From: Macrostomum hystrix
Lineage: Eukaryota; Animalia; Platyhelminthes
Assembly (NCBI GenBank): GCA_950097015.1
Contig: CATNEN010000024.1
Span: 5,952,001 to 6,016,000, forward strand
DNA length: 64,000 nucleotides
Reading direction: 5' to 3'
Shown in pieces: positions 26,376-40,099 of this stretch. The notes below the pieces were generated by a model. It worked only from the letters and a program-made list of their open reading frames with translations. It ran no database searches and was not told where the DNA came from. The translations under genes and the position numbers were made by a program. The number at the start of each line of letters is the position of its first letter. Position 1 is the stretch's first letter.

Positions 26376-26831
26376 CTGCAGATTGCAGTTGAGGCCAACA
26401 ATGGCACCGTCAAGCAGCAGGTAGGCCAGCTGATGCCACAGGGCCAGGTCTGGGGCAACCAGGCAGAACAAGCCACCGGCAGCGACGGTGACCCCGGCCG
26501 CTAGCAAGGCGGCGTCAGCAAGGGGCGCCCTGGCCAGGCAGGGATAGCACAGCATGAATAGCAAGGCTGGCAGCAGCTGTGCGGCCAGGTAAAACAGCGA
26601 CTTGGCGCCGGCGCCCAAGACGGCGTCGGGTCCGGGCGGATCCAGCTGGTCAACTACCATTGGTAGGAAGGCGGCGCCGAAGCCCATGTGGAAATTGTGA
26701 GCGAATTTCAGGGCCAGCACGCACAGGAATAGCCTGTCGGTGAACAGGCGACGCAGATTCTGCAGCAGGCCCGGGTCGGACACGCGGATCGGCTGGCCCA
26801 CGCCGGAGGCCAGGGCGCAGGCGCCACCCGG
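26376..26831 (-). CDS. MFSD13A: MFSD13A-like transporter, exon 2
   Basis: LQNLRRLFTDRLFLCVLALKFAHNFHMGFGAAFLPMVVDQL resembles MFSD13A [35 protein letters not shown]; acceptor ccccgaagcag| and donor CAG|gtactg, both phase 0. Confidence 0.8.
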
Positions 26832-26964
26832 CTGCTTCGGGGTGGAGGTGGGGTGGAGTGCGCGTGTACTTTTAAACTGAGACTCCCACCTGAGCTGCAT
26901 CCTTATAGTTCAACAATAAATCGCGATTTTTATACAAAAAACTTAATGCACAAATTCATTCCAT

Positions 26965-29900
26965 AAATCTGAATCCCATTTCCTAAATCTGAATCTCATT
27001 TCCTAAATCTGAATCTCATTTTATAAATCTGAATTCCATTTCCTAAATCTGAATCCCATCTCTTAAATCTGAATTCCATCTCTTAAATCTGAATCCCATC
27101 TCTTAAATCTGAATCCTATTTCCTAAATCTGAATCCTATTTCCTAAATCTGAATCCTATTTCTTAAACCTGAATGCCATCTCCTAAATCTGAATCCCATC
27201 TCTTAAATCTGAATCCCATTTCTTAAATCTGCATCCCATTTCTTAAATCTGAATCCCATCTCTTAAATTTGAATCCTATTTCCTAAATCGGAATCCCATC
27301 TCTTAAATCTGAATCCCATCTCTTAAATCTGAATCCCATCTCTTAAATCTGAATCCCATCTCTTAAATCTAAATCCCATCTCTTAAATCTGAATCCCATC
27401 TCTTAAATCTGAATCCTATTTCCTAAATCTGAATCCTATTTCCTAAATCTGAATCCCATTTCTTAAATCTGAATCCAATTTCCTAAATCTGAATCCTATT
27501 TCTTAAACCTGAATGCCATCTCCTAAATCTGAATCCCATGTCTTAAATCTGAATCCCATCTCTAAAATCTGAATCCCATCTCTTTAATCTGAATCCTATT
27601 TCCTAAATCTGAATCCCATTTCTTAAATCTGAATCCCATTTCTTAAATCTGCATCCCATTTCTTAAATCTGAATCCCATCTCTAAAATCTGAATCCCATC
27701 TCTTTAATCTGAATCCTATTTCCTAAATCTGAATCCTATTTCTTAAGCCTGAATGCCATCTCCTAAATCTGAATCCCATCTCTTAAATCTGAATCCCATT
27801 TCTTAAATCTGCATCCCATTTCTTAAATCTGAATCCCATCTCTTAAATTTGAATCCTATTTCCTAAATCGGAATCCCATCTCTTAAATCTGAATCCCATC
27901 TCTTAAATCTGAATCCCATCTCTTAAATCTGAATCCCATCTCTTAAATCTAAATCCCATCTCTTAAATCTGAATCCTATTTCCTAAATCTGAATCCTATT
28001 TCCTAAATCTGAATCCCATTTCTTAAACCTGAATCCCATCTCCTAAATCTGAATCCAATTTCCTAAATTTGAATCCCATTTCTTAAACCTGAATCCCATT
28101 TCCTAAATCTAAATCCTGTCTCTTAAATCTGAATCCCATCTCTAAAATCTGAATCCCATCTCTTAAATCTGAATCCTATTTCTTAAATCTGAATCCTATC
28201 TCTTAAATCTAAATCCTGTCTCTTAAATCTGAATCCCATCTCTTAAATCTGAATCCCATCTCTTAAATCTGAATCCTATTTCCTAAATCTGAATCCTATT
28301 TCCTAAATCTGAATCCTATTTCTTAAACCTGAATCCCATCTCCTAAATCTGAATCCTATTTCCTAAATCTGAATCCCATTTCTTAAACCTGAATCCCATC
28401 TCCTAAATCTGAATCCCATCTCTTAAATCTGAATCCCATCTCTTAAATCTGAATCCCATTTCTTAAATCTGCATCCCATTTCTTAAATCTGAATCCCATC
28501 TCTTAAATTTGAATCCTATTTCCTAAATCGGAATCCCATCTCTTAAATCTGAATCCCATCTCTTAAATCTGAATCCCATCTCTTAAATCTGAATCCCATC
28601 TCTTAAATCTAAATCCCATCTCTTAAATCTGAATCCTATTTCCTAAATCTGAATCCTATTTCCTAAATCTGAATCCCATTTCTTAAACCTGAATCCCATC
28701 TCCTAAATCTGAATCCAATTTCCTAAATTTGAATCCCATTTCTTAAACCTGAATCCCATTTCCTAAATCTAAATCCTGTCTCTTAAATCTGAATCCCATC
28801 TCTAAAATCTGAATCCCATCTCTTAAATCTGAATCCTATTTCTTAAATCTGAATTACATTTCTTAAATCTGAATCCCATCTCTAAAGTCTGAATCCCATT
28901 TCTTAAATCTGCATCCCATTTCTTAAATCTGAATCACATCTCTAAAATCTGAATCCCATCTCTTAAATCTGAATCCTATTTCCTAAATCTGAATCCTATT
29001 TCTTAAATCTGAATCCCATTTCCTAAATCTGAATCCAATTTCCTAAATCTGAATCCTATTTCTTAAATCTGAATCCCATCTCTAAAATCTGAATCCCATC
29101 TCTTAAATCTGAATACTATTTCCTAAATCTGAATCCCAATTCTTAAATCTGAATCCCATTTCCAAAATCTGAATCCTATTTCCTAAATCTGAATCCCATT
29201 TCTTAAACCTGAATCCCATCTCCTAAATCTGAATCCAATTTCCTAAATTTGAATCCCATTTCTTAAACCTGAATCCCATTTCCTAAATCTAAATCCTGTC
29301 TCTTAAATCTGAATCCCATCTCTAAAATCTGAATCCCATCTCTTAAATCTGAATCCTATTTCTTAAATCTGAATCCTATCTCTTAAATCTAAATCCTGTC
29401 TCTTAAATCTGAATCCCATTTCTTAAATCTGAATCCCATTTCTTAAATCTGAATCCCATCTCTTAAATCTGAATCCTATTTCCTAAATCTGAATCCTATC
29501 TCCTAAATCTGAATCCAATTTCCTAAATTTGAATCCCATTTCTTAAACCTGAATCCCATTTCCTAAATCTAAATCCTGTCTCTTAAATCTGAATCCCATC
29601 TCTAAAATCTGAATCCCATCTCTTAAATCTGAATCCCATTTCTTAAATCTGAATCCCATCTCTAAAGTCTGAATCCCATTTCTTAAATCTGCATCCCATT
29701 TCTTAAATCTGAATCCCATCTCTAAAATCTGAATCCCATCTCTTAAATCTGAATCCTATTTCCTAAATATGAATCCTATTTCTTAAATCTGAATCCCATT
29801 TCCTAAATCTGAATCCAATTTCCTAAATCTGAATCCTATTTCTCAAATCTGAATCCCATCTCTAAAATCTGAATCCCATCTCTTAAATCTGAATACTATT

Positions 29901-30615
29901 TCCTAAATCTGAATCCCATTTCTTAAATCTGAATCCCATTTCCTAAATCTGAATCCCATCTCTTAAATCTGAATTCCATCTCTTAAATCTGAATCCCATC
30001 TCTTAAATCTGAATCCTATTTCCTAAATCTGAATCCAATTTCCTAAATTTGAATCCCATTTCTTAAACCTGAATGCCATCTCCTAAATCTGAATTCCATT
30101 TCTTAAATCTGAATCCCATTTCCTAAATCTGAATCTCATTTCCTAAATCTGAATCCTATTTCTTAAATCTGAATTCCATTTCTTAAATCTGAATCCCATC
30201 TCTAAAATCTGAATCCCATCTCTTAAATCTGAATCCTTTTTCCTAATTCTGAATCCCATTTCTTAAATCTGAATCCCATTTCCTAAATCTAAATCCTGTC
30301 TCTTAAATCTGAATCCCATTTCTTAAATCTGAATCCCATTTCCTAAATCTGAATCCCATCTCTAAAATCTGAATCCCATCTCTTAAATCTGAATCCTATT
30401 TCCTAAATCTGATTCACATTTCTTAAATCTGAATCCCATCTCTTAAATCTGAATCCCATTTCTTAAATTTGAATCCCATTTCCTAAATCTGAATCCCATC
30501 TCTTAAATTTGAATCCCATTTCCTAAATCTGAATCCCATCTCTTAAATTTGAATCCCATTTCCTAAATCTAAATCCCGTTTCTTAAATCTCAATCCGACT
30601 TTCTAAATCTGAATG
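26965..30615. repeat. Intronic minisatellite, 20-bp unit TAAATCTGAATCCCATCTCT (~3.65 kb, nearly all of intron 1)
   Basis: Tandem periodicity, about 180 copies with recurring variant order. Confidence 0.97.
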
Positions 30616-30675
30616 GTAATTCTCAAATCAGAGTTCAGCCTCTCAAATCCAGGCGCACAGACAAGCAGGCCTCAC

Positions 30676-31395
30676 GTGGCAAAGTGTGACATTGCGGCAG
30701 TCGTACATAGTCCTGCACTGCCAGCCGCAGTACATAACAGATAGCAGGGCCACCAATGCGGCAAGAGAGGCGCAGGCCTGAAAGGCGGATAGGCTGGCCA
30801 GATCGCTGGAGGCCCAGTTGGCCAGCGGCACGGCTAGGCAGGCGGCCATGTAGGGCACCTGGGCCAGCCAGAGCTGAGACAGTCTGGTGGCGGACTGGCT
30901 GGACATTTCAATCAGCAGCGAGGCGTGAGCGAATCGCACGCATTTGTCAACTAGCTGGAACATCAGATCCGTGGCCACCAGCTGCAGGCCAATGTTGACA
31001 GCCGGCAGCCAGCGGAACCAGTGCAGAGCGAACACCAGCGAATAAGCCGGCCCTGCGTACAGTAGCCATTTCCGCCGATCAACTAGCCGACTATCCTGCA
31101 GGTGTGAGACGGCCAAGCTGACCAGCGTGCTCCACAGCATGGCAACCAATTGGGAGGCTTGGAACCAGTTCTCGCTCAGTAGGAACACAGTCAGGTAGAC
31201 TTTGGCGCGGAAGAAGTCTAAAAGGCCGGACACAAGCGACAGGCCGAGGTTGCCGCAGGCGTAGGCCACCGTCTGGCGGGACACCTGCGGCCCGGAGGTC
31301 GGCCGCCTGTCCGGCGTTTCGCGTGACGCAGCCGCCGCCGCCGCAGCTGCAGCTTGTTGCTGCGAAGTTTTGGGTCGTCGGGAAATAGCGTACAT
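30676..31395 (-). CDS. MFSD13A: MFSD13A-like transporter, exon 1
   Basis: ATG 31395; multiple TM helices, FFRAKVYLTVFLLSENWFQASQLVAMLWSTL...RRKWLLYAGPAYSLVFALHWFRW typical of TMEM180; donor CAC|gtgagg phase 0; joined CDS 1521 nt = 506 aa. Confidence 0.82.
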
Positions 31396-32339
31396 ACATA
31401 TTACTAATAGTAGAAAACAGTGGAATGAAATTGAAGGCGGAAAGAATAAATGGCAAGATATATGAAAACTGGAAGAGGAAAGTAAGAAGGGGGAGAGGAA
31501 AGGAAGAAGGGAATAGGAACGGAAGAAGGGGAGGGGGAAGGAAGAAAGGGGGAGAGGAACATAAGAAGGGTAAGAGGAAAGGAAGAAGGGAAAGAGGAAT
31601 GGAGGAGGAGGAACGAACGGAAGAAGGGTAAGAGGAAAGGAAGAAGGGGAAGAGGAACATGAAAAGGGAAAGAAGAAGCAGTAGAGTAATGCAAGAATGG
31701 GATATTAGAAAGCGGCCAATTAAGAGTTCAAATGGCAGAAAGGGGACAATCTAAACAATTATTTGCTTTTTACAAAGTACAAAAACAGACATCAGCTTAG
31801 AAGCTGAAGCTAAACAAAAGCTAGATCTGTTTTGTTAGAGAATTGAAATAAATAAAAAAGAATTTCAAAGAACAGAAGCCCATCACAATGCTTAATTATA
31901 GCTTGTGCTAAAATTTACAAATTCAGACTGAAACTAGGCGGGGGACATGGCGACACGCAAAGCCTTCCCCGCGCCGGTGCACAATGCACACAAATTAGCA
32001 ATTTATTTATATGTATTACATCCAAATGGTGACAAAGGGCTGCAAATGGAAAAAAAACTGCGACCCTATATTTCTTCGCTGTTAAGTTGACGGCACAATT
32101 TTGGGTTTTTAATATAGTTCAGTAATGAAAGCAAGCTAACCAAATATTACAAATTGCCAACCTAACTCTAACTAAGAAACGAACCATAAAAATAATGCTC
32201 GCAAACAATCAACTGACACATTTGGGCGGAAGTTAACATGGGAAATTATAAACTATGGGAATGATTTCCCTGAGTCAATTGAATAACTATGAAGCATCAC
32301 GGAGCATGTGCATCGGCTAGAAATAGTAACAAGGATTGG

Positions 32340-32960
32340 GGATGGTGGAGGCTCATGAACAGGGATGGAGGATAGCGGATGCTCATGAACAGGAATGGGG
32401 GATAGCGGATGCTCATGAACAGGAATGGGGGATAGCGGATGCTCATGAACAGGAATGGGGGATAGCGGATGCTCATGAAAAGGAATGGGGGATAGCGGAT
32501 GCTCATGAACAGGGATGGAGGATAGCGGATGCTCATGAACAGGGATGGAGGATAGCGGATGCTCTTGAACAGGAATGGGGGATAGCGGATGCTCATGAAC
32601 AGGAATGGGGGATAGCGGATGCTCATGAACAGGGATGGAGGATAGCGAATGCTCTTGAACAGGAATGGGGGATAGCGGATGCACATGAACAGGAATGGGG
32701 GATAGCGGATGCACATGAACAGGAATGGGGGATAGTGGATGCTCATGAACAGGGATGGAGGATAGCGGACAGGAATGGGGGATAGCGAATGCTCATGAAC
32801 AGGGATGAAGGATAGCGGATGCTCATGAACAGGAATGGGGGATAGCGGATGCACATGAACAGGAATGGGGGATAGTGGATGCTCATGAACAGGGATGGAG
32901 GATAGTAAAGGCTCAAGATCAGGGATGGAGGATAGTAAAGGCTCACGAAAAGGGATGAGG
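32340..32960. repeat. Minisatellite, 30-bp unit GAACAGGAATGGGGGATAGCGGATGCTCAT
   Basis: Tandem periodicity. Confidence 0.95.
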
Positions 32961-34217
32961 GATGAAGGAATGACTAATGAAGGTAGGGACTGTTCCACTG
33001 GAGTGGAAAAATGCGTTAAGTAAAGTTTGAAATTCTGCCAGATAGAATCTGAATGAATCCGATGCACATTTTTCCTAGAGAAAGCTGGCTTTCATAGACC
33101 CATAGAAAAATGATAATAAAATGTTTACTTTGTTACTCTGATACTATTAGAAAATGTAGGCATGCTTTGACATAGGCAAATAGAGCTTATTTTGGCACAG
33201 AGTGGCACACGAGACACAGTCAATGGTGAGAGAAGGCCTTGTTTTAAGTTACTGGTTTAGCCTTTTGCTAAACAAGTTATCAGAGATTTCAGTGCAAAGG
33301 ACTGGACATTACGTGATACACACAAATTTTCTCAAATTATTACTGCTCTGTGGAAACTATTCTGTGCTTAATTATTCATATAGAATAGCTTAAATCGTTG
33401 AAAACATTTTCAATTAAAGATCGTAGCTCATTATCAATAATAATAAGTCATCCTTAAAAAATCATATAATAATGCATACGGATATTCCACAGTAGCCTCT
33501 GTTATAGTTGATAACAATAAAGAAAATAAAGCAAAGTGTTTATATTTTAACGGACTTGAAGTTAGTTAAAGATTAGGAACAAATGCATTAGCTAATAACT
33601 AGCTTACTTGGAGACCATTGGTGCTAGGTGCATTAGCGTACCCGTTCAATATATATCTACACAGGGGAAGATAAGCATGGCTGTGACAATCTGAATGCGT
33701 ATTTCACTCAGTCACACGTACAGACAATATATAGAATGCGGAATAAAAAATCTAATTATTAAACATACTGAATAAGCTTTGTGCAAATTTAAAAGACACA
33801 ATTTTGTGTAAGAAAGAACTAGCAATTAACAGCTAAGTAGTTGCTATCCGAGCAATCTGAATACCTCTTTCAATTTTTATTCTAATTCACTAATTACGCT
33901 GCTAACTCTACAATTCCTACAGTTTTCAGTCTGATTAGTGTGATTATTATTATAGAAAATGAAAGGACGGGCAGAAAAAGATAGAAGAACAACATAAGCT
34001 AGCAATGACACACATAGCAGTTACAGCAACTGAATAAGTAGCGAGCACAGAACAAGGACACTGAGCGAGGCTCCGCAGATGCAGGCGGGTGGGAGGGATT
34101 GAACGTGTGGAAGGCAGATTTAGCTAGCTGTCACAGGTTAATGTGCCGGCAACTGTTGCCGCAGCACCGGCTGTTGCAGAAGTCGATGAAGAAGAAGCCA
34201 ACGGAAAACTGGAAGAG

Positions 34218-35702
34218 TCAGGGAGGACCGCAGTCGGGTTGTAGCGGCTGCAGCAGCAATCTTTGTTGTTGCTGCTGTTGCTGAAGGAGCTGTGACTGTG
34301 CCTGGTGCGTAGTTGAAGGTGTCTGAGGCTGCTGCATGAGGTGCAGGCTAAGCCGGCGCTGGTCCTGCACTGTGGCTTTGACCTCAGCGATTCGAACCAA
34401 GGAGCGAAGCTTCTTTAGCTGGGCGCTCAGGTCGCAGCAGAAGACGCCGCTAATCCGATTATAAATAGCGGCATACTGGGCAGCCTGATCCAGCATTCTT
34501 TGCGCTTGCCTGTCGTCAAATTTGCCAACAAATCTGTGATCAACAAATGCCAGCAGGTCTGGCGAGTCCAGCTTCGCATGCGCCAGATCCTCGGGCTCCG
34601 GGCTGCGCAGATATTCACGACCTGGCCGGGGCGGCTCGGCTACCACTGCGGGCGTTTGCAGTGGCTGGGCCAATGAAGGCGGAGGAGGCGACGGCCGCGG
34701 CGGCTGCTGCGTCGCTGGCAGCGATGCTGAAGCCGGCGTCGACTGCTGCTGAGACTGCGCCCGAGCAGACGACGTCACTGGCGCCGCCGAAACGGTCGAA
34801 GCTACAGCTTCAGTCTTTGCAGCGGAAGTTGTTGCGGAAGCTGCGCCAGCCCCTGTTGACGCAGTTTTAGCTGACGAAGACGAGGCAGACGACGCTGACG
34901 AAGCAGAGGATCGAACCGGCGCCGGAGCCGCCTCCTTAGCCGGTCTGGAGGAAGATGCGCCTTCGCTAAGCCGCTGCTGCTCTTCGGACGCTTTCCGTTT
35001 CAACGTCTTGGGCGTCCGGCCGGGGTCGTGACGCGGACTGATGTCCATGTCATCTGAGGCCTGGTTCTGCTGCTGCTGCTGACTTTGCCGATTGGCGCTT
35101 GGCATCAGAGAGGAGAAGCCCTCCTGCCGCGCGTCCAGAGTGATCCGAGTCTCCTTAATGCGCTGCAATAAGCGACTGTCGCCAACATTTGCCTGACGCT
35201 GATTCTGAGTCTGATGCTGGCTCTGATGCTGGTTCTGATGCTGGTTCTGATGCTGGCGCTGATGCTGGTTCTGATGCTGGCTTTGATGCTGATTCTGGTG
35301 TGCATGACGCTGTTGCTCTTTCGGCTGATCATTTCGACTGCGTCGGATCGGCGGTCGTCTCTCCTGCTTTAAGAGGGCCTGCTGCTGACGCTGACGAATA
35401 ATGTGCTGCAGCTCGTCCTGGCTGAGGTCCGGCAAACTCCATTCGACTGGCTTCACCCACTGCGAAGTCTCCGTGCGGCAGTTGTAATAATATAAGCGGT
35501 TCTTTGAGCTTAACTGCTCCGACCAGTTGTGCTGAATGCGGACTGCGCTGCTGCGCCACTCGGTTTTGCCTTCGCCGCCACCGTTTCCTCCGGCCCCGCC
35601 GCGGCTGCTACTATTGTGAGTGCTATTCAAGCTGTTGCTATTATTGTTGCCGTCGGCCGCGTTGCCGTTAGTTGGCCGGCTGCAACCGCTGGTCTCGGGC
35701 AT
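34218..35702 (-). CDS. WAC: WW domain-containing adapter with coiled-coil (WAC), single coding exon, 494 aa
   Basis: WW domain [29 protein letters not shown] and C-terminal [25 protein letters not shown] both match WAC hallmarks. Confidence 0.92.
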   Translation of the reverse strand: MPETSGCSRPTNGNAADGNNNSNSLNSTHNSSSRGGAGGNGGGEGKTEWRSSAVRIQHNWSEQLSSKNRLYYYNCRTETSQWVKPVEWSLPDLSQDELQHIIRQRQQQALLKQERRPPIRRSRNDQPKEQQRHAHQNQHQSQHQNQHQRQHQNQHQNQHQSQHQTQNQRQANVGDSRLLQRIKETRITLDARQEGFSSLMPSANRQSQQQQQNQASDDMDISPRHDPGRTPKTLKRKASEEQQRLSEGASSSRPAKEAAPAPVRSSASSASSASSSSAKTASTGAGAASATTSAAKTEAVASTVSAAPVTSSARAQSQQQSTPASASLPATQQPPRPSPPPPSLAQPLQTPAVVAEPPRPGREYLRSPEPEDLAHAKLDSPDLLAFVDHRFVGKFDDRQAQRMLDQAAQYAAIYNRISGVFCCDLSAQLKKLRSLVRIAEVKATVQDQRRLSLHLMQQPQTPSTTHQAQSQLLQQQQQQQRLLLQPLQPDCGPP

Positions 35703-35835
35703 TCAATAGGCCTGCAAAGTGGATTAGCGGTAGCAAGGTCAGCTCCCACAAAAATACTCTTCAGAAATGTATTTAAAAAAATTTAAGCTTTAAAACTAAA
35801 AGCTACACACAGTAAACTGTTTGATATTGAGCTTT

Positions 35836-36115
35836 CGGACTAGTGGTTAGTGTCGTACGTCGTTCGGTGGTTCGATTCCTGACTCCATAGAAACAATCGG
35901 TGTATTTAACAAGACAAATTCACTCTGCATTGTTTCATTGACCCAGCTGCTAAATGGGTACCAGCATTATCTGTGATAATTGAGGGTGGCTGCGGGGTCC
36001 CCCCAGTCCATGGAATGAACAGCCGAGAACAGCATTTAGAGGTGCCTCGCAATAGCTGCGGCTGTGCGTCTGGCTTAATTAGGTCAGGTGTAATCGATCA
36101 ATAATTCCTATTATT
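35836..36115 (+). mobile_element. tRNA-derived CORE-type SINE copy
   Basis: CTAGTGGTTAG A-box remnant, GGTTCGATTCC B box, ACCCAGCTGCTAAATGGGTACCAGCATT and GAACAGCCG shared with the 7132 copy. Confidence 0.8.
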
Positions 36116-36209
36116 GATTTGATATAAAGTCATAGCTTTGCACTTCTGTCAAAAAGATCAGGAGTTCATTGGGTTTTTTATTAGATTATTCAATTTTAAG
36201 TTTAATCTT

Positions 36210-36470
36210 CCTAGATTTCTTACAGCATCAGCTAGTGGAAATTTCCTAGATTTCTCACAGCATCAGCTAGTGGAAATTTCCTAGATTTCTTACAGCATCA
36301 GCTAGTGGAAATTTCCTAGATTTCTCACAGCATCAGCTAGTGGAAATTTCCTAGATTTCTTACAGCATCAGCTAGTGGAAATTTCCTAGATTTCTTACAG
36401 CATCAGCTAGTGGAAATTTCCTAGATTTCTCACAGCATCAGCTAGTGGAAATTTCCTAGATTTCTTGCAA
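36210..36470. repeat. Minisatellite, 35-bp unit CCTAGATTTCTTACAGCATCAGCTAGTGGAAATTT
   Basis: Tandem periodicity. Confidence 0.95.
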
Positions 36471-37914
36471 ATGTAATTTTTTTCATTTAGTAATAATTAA
36501 ATTATAATAATTGGCCCACGGGAGACAATTTGGCTTTGGCTTAGAGGATTTTCCCACGCAATTTAGGCCCTTAAGGGCCAGCCCATATGTCCCAGTGTAG
36601 TATGTCCATTAGCAATAATACTTCTTAGTGCACTACTTACTCATCACTTCAAATATTTCTTACAGCAAGCGAAAAAAGGAATAAAAAGGAAATTCAACTC
36701 CTTGTTTTGCATAGCGCTTTTATTTTAATTTTCATTAACAAATAACAGTTCATTAGCAGATAAGCAAAGACAAAAAAGATGTACACAAACTGACGAACCT
36801 ACTTCTAGTAGATAATGCGGATATTTATTGAAAAGCGAAACGTAACTTCATTAACTCAATTCTTGATTTAACTGTGCGCGCATGAGAGAAAATAACAGCA
36901 TGCAGATCAAAAACTGAGCATTTTAAATACAATAAAAGAAACAACAGAAAGATAGGTTTGAAATATTCCAGTTGAAAATTCAAATTAAACAATATAAACC
37001 CTATACTATGTAAATACGTAAAAATGTAAGGACATTTTAGCAATCATAAAGCATCATAGTTGTATTAACGAGTGTTTATATTTGTTGCAATTATTCGTAG
37101 CTTTGAAAATCATTACTTTTTTGTTAATACGTTGAACATTTGAAAAAAAACACATATTTATAGTGCATAGTTAAGCGATCGAAATTAGTTTTTTTCTGAA
37201 AGCATATAAATTGAACACACAAAACTTTGATCATTACGGGTAGTATGCATAAACTCAATCATTAAAGACGAAAATTATGTTTTTATTTTTTATTTTATGA
37301 AAAGAAGAAGCTTATGTAAGACTGTATTTTTTATAGTCTGTTATCGAAACATAGTCACAAAAACTACACACAGTTTACCTGAAAAAAGCATTAGTACATT
37401 AAAAGTTGCTCGTTAATTAAATTCATCAGCTAAATCCTAGATTACTTGGGTCTTCAATTTGCTATGGCCTTTAATATAAAAGTACAATGTAAGTTTTAAT
37501 GAAAAACCATAAGTGTAATGCTTTATTCAAAATTGACAATGCATCACGACACTTACAAAGAGTAACACAAAAATATATATTTGCGACAATGTCAGTATAT
37601 ACAAGTATTTATCTGCAAACAAAATTATTTTAAAGAACAATCAATTTAAATAGAAGAGTGTGAACTTAAGTTTGCTTGAAATCAGTCTGCATAATTAGAT
37701 TGACCCTGGAAGATTACATTGTTACCATTAGTGCATAATGTCCTCTAGCGAATCCCTATATTACCTAGCATAAGCCTTATAAACACTGCTCACAGTAGTC
37801 TTGAATGAAGTTTTGAACGCTGATTTCTTACCTTGGTACTATGCGCTACAACACAAAGTAGTGAATGCCAAAAAGTACAAAATACTTAGTTTATTAGTAA
37901 ACCTCCGTAATTAT

Positions 37915-38345
37915 ATGCTGGTAGGCTGGACTGGTGCTGGGAGCCGATCTGCTTGGCTGGACTGGTGCTGGGAGCCGATCTGCTTGGCTGGACTGGTGCT
38001 GGGAGCCGATCTGCTTGGCTGGACTGGTGCTGGGAGCCGATCTGCTAGTAGGCTGGACTGGTGCTGGGAGCCGATCTGCTTGGCTGGACTGGTGCTGGGA
38101 GCCGATCTGCTTGGCTGGACTGGTGCTGGGAGCCGATCTGCTTGGCTGGACTGGTGCTGGGAGCCGATCTGCTTGGCTGGACTGGTGCTGGGAGCCGATC
38201 TGCTAGTAGGCTGGACTGGTGCTGGGAGCCGATCTGCTTGGCTGGACTGGTGCTGGGAGCCGATCTGCTAGTAGGCTGGGCTGGTGCTGGGAGCCGATCT
38301 GCTAGTAGGCTGGGCTGGTGCTGGGAGCCGATCTTCTGTAGGCTA
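37915..38345. repeat. Minisatellite, 31/35-bp unit CTGGACTGGTGCTGGGAGCCGATCTGCTTGG
   Basis: Tandem periodicity. Confidence 0.95.
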
Positions 38346-38857
38346 GGCTGTTGCTGGAAGATCTAGTGCTGGTGGTACACAGCTTGGAGTGTTGGCTATT
38401 ACTACGAATATACAGTTGAATTTCCAGGATGTGACGAAGTCGGACAACCCGTCACAGGTAGCACTTTGTCGCTTATTAATTGGGTCGAGTTGGTTGCGTT
38501 GAGGAGACTTTAAGAACAATCGAGTTGATAATGCGAGATGGACGCTGTCATAGCTCACTGGCGCCACAAAAGTTTAGTTGAAATAAATTAGTCCTCATTA
38601 GAAATGAAACTGTTGAACAATGCTTATTAATAAGAGCTAGATGTGAAATAGACCGATGCCGAGCCCCCACAGATTGAAGCTGCTCAGCAGAATACTCCTG
38701 GAGTCGATGGCTCGCGCCTCTTCTCTCACACTCTCTCTCACATGGTAGATTGGGGAGCACGCATTGTAGAAAAGAAAAGCAGTAACTGGGGAAAACACAT
38801 TGGACTGGCTCTCAGGAAAGATTTCTCTCCTCATTTTCTCTCTCTATCTCTCAGCGC

Positions 38858-39032
38858 TCAGGCCGACTGTTGGATAGACTGCACAGGGCAGGTCTTGCAG
38901 TCGATGAGGCCGGCAGCCTGGTCTACTGCTGACTCGGGCACACCCGAGCCGGTTAAGAAGGCCAGACAGGACTCAGTGTCCGGGAAGGCCAGCTCGGACT
39001 CAACGAAGGCAATGGGCACTGTTGGCCGGTAT
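38858..39032 (-). CDS. LENG8: LENG8/THP3 (SAC3/GANP family), last exon
   Basis: YRPTVPIAFVESELAFPDTESCLAFL...IDCK...* matches the LENG8 C-terminus; branch/acceptor cactaacctgcgcccag| phase 2. Confidence 0.85.
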
Positions 39033-39524
39033 CTGGGCGCAGGTTAGTGGGAGAGTGGCGATGTTAGAACGAGTCCGCATAAGCGGCTTCTATTCTATAT
39101 GCCTTTGCCGAAATGTGTAGGAAATAGAAATTGCTTAACTGTTTTGTAAGTTAATAATAATAATAATAATAACCACACTAAACGCTAAAATACGAGATGC
39201 GAAAACTTGAAAGTAGTTGGCTTCGACATACAGGTACACAATTAGCAATATCATTGCATTTTTTGCAATTATTGCAATATTATTGCATATTGCAGTTACA
39301 AGAAAAATGACTAAAGGGACACAGTAGAATTCCGATGTCGACCGCGGCGCAGCTGTGACGCTCGCAATTTTGAACGATGCTCTCGATGCGATTAGTTGGC
39401 ATCTGACTGTTTTGATCTGCTTCTGATGGCTTACGGCTAGCTGAAATGGGTTGGCTTTATGCGACAGTAGACGAGGACACAGCGAGGAGGGACAAGGCAC
39501 CCAGGCGGCCCTGCTGGTAGGGCG

Positions 39525-39760
39525 CTTTTAGAGCAGTTGCTTAAAGCTAAGGACTTTTGACCGAGACGTCGGGAGTTCAAATCCCAACAAAAAAGAAGCA
39601 ATTCGTGTCCTTAAGCAAGGCATTTAATTAGCAAGGCAAATGAGAATACCAGCATTTGGGGTAGAAATCTGGGTGGTTGTGGCGGCCTCCCCAGTCCATG
39701 GATCGGATAGTGGACAGCTTTGAAATAGCCCCCAAGCTGTATTGGGCAAGATGCGGGCAA
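39525..39760 (+). mobile_element. Diverged SINE copy in a LENG8 intron (antisense to the gene)
   Basis: B-box-like GAGTTCAAATCCC, GTCCTTAAGCAAGGCATTTAA, TACCAGCATT and CCCCAGTCCATGG shared with the 35836 copy. Confidence 0.65.
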
Positions 39761-39891
39761 TGCGAATTTCGGAACAGAAAAAATGCATTACTGCAGTATG
39801 AAAACAACTGTCAGTTTTAAAACTCAACCTGCCCTCGTCCGCAATATTTTCGCTTCGTGTCATCATTACATAATATTTTTGTTTAACTCAC

Positions 39892-40099
39892 GACTTCACG
39901 ATCGCCTTCAAGGCCAAGACGCGCTCCCTATCCAAAAACCAGTTCACAATGTGCGCGCAAAAGCCCGGCGCTGAGTTGTAAAGCTTAAAAAATGTGTGAT
40001 AATTGTTTAGAGACCATGCGGAGCGCAATTTTAGAGCAAACTTAATGCACGGGTGACTCTTAGACTCGGGCGTCAGCCGGCCAATGGTCGTGGTCAGGT
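39892..40099 (-). CDS. LENG8: LENG8 exon (PCI-like region)
   Basis: LTTTIGRLTPESKSHPCIKFALKLRSAWSLNNYHTFFKLY...DRERVLALKAIVKS; acceptor ccattgcag| phase 1, donor TC|gtgagt phase 2. Confidence 0.88.

Noticed and set aside
34110-34230. Ser/Ala/Thr-rich open frame just past the WAC stop, hinting at a frameshifted C-terminus
   Set aside because: All frames are low-complexity here and the conserved WAC coiled coil is already complete.
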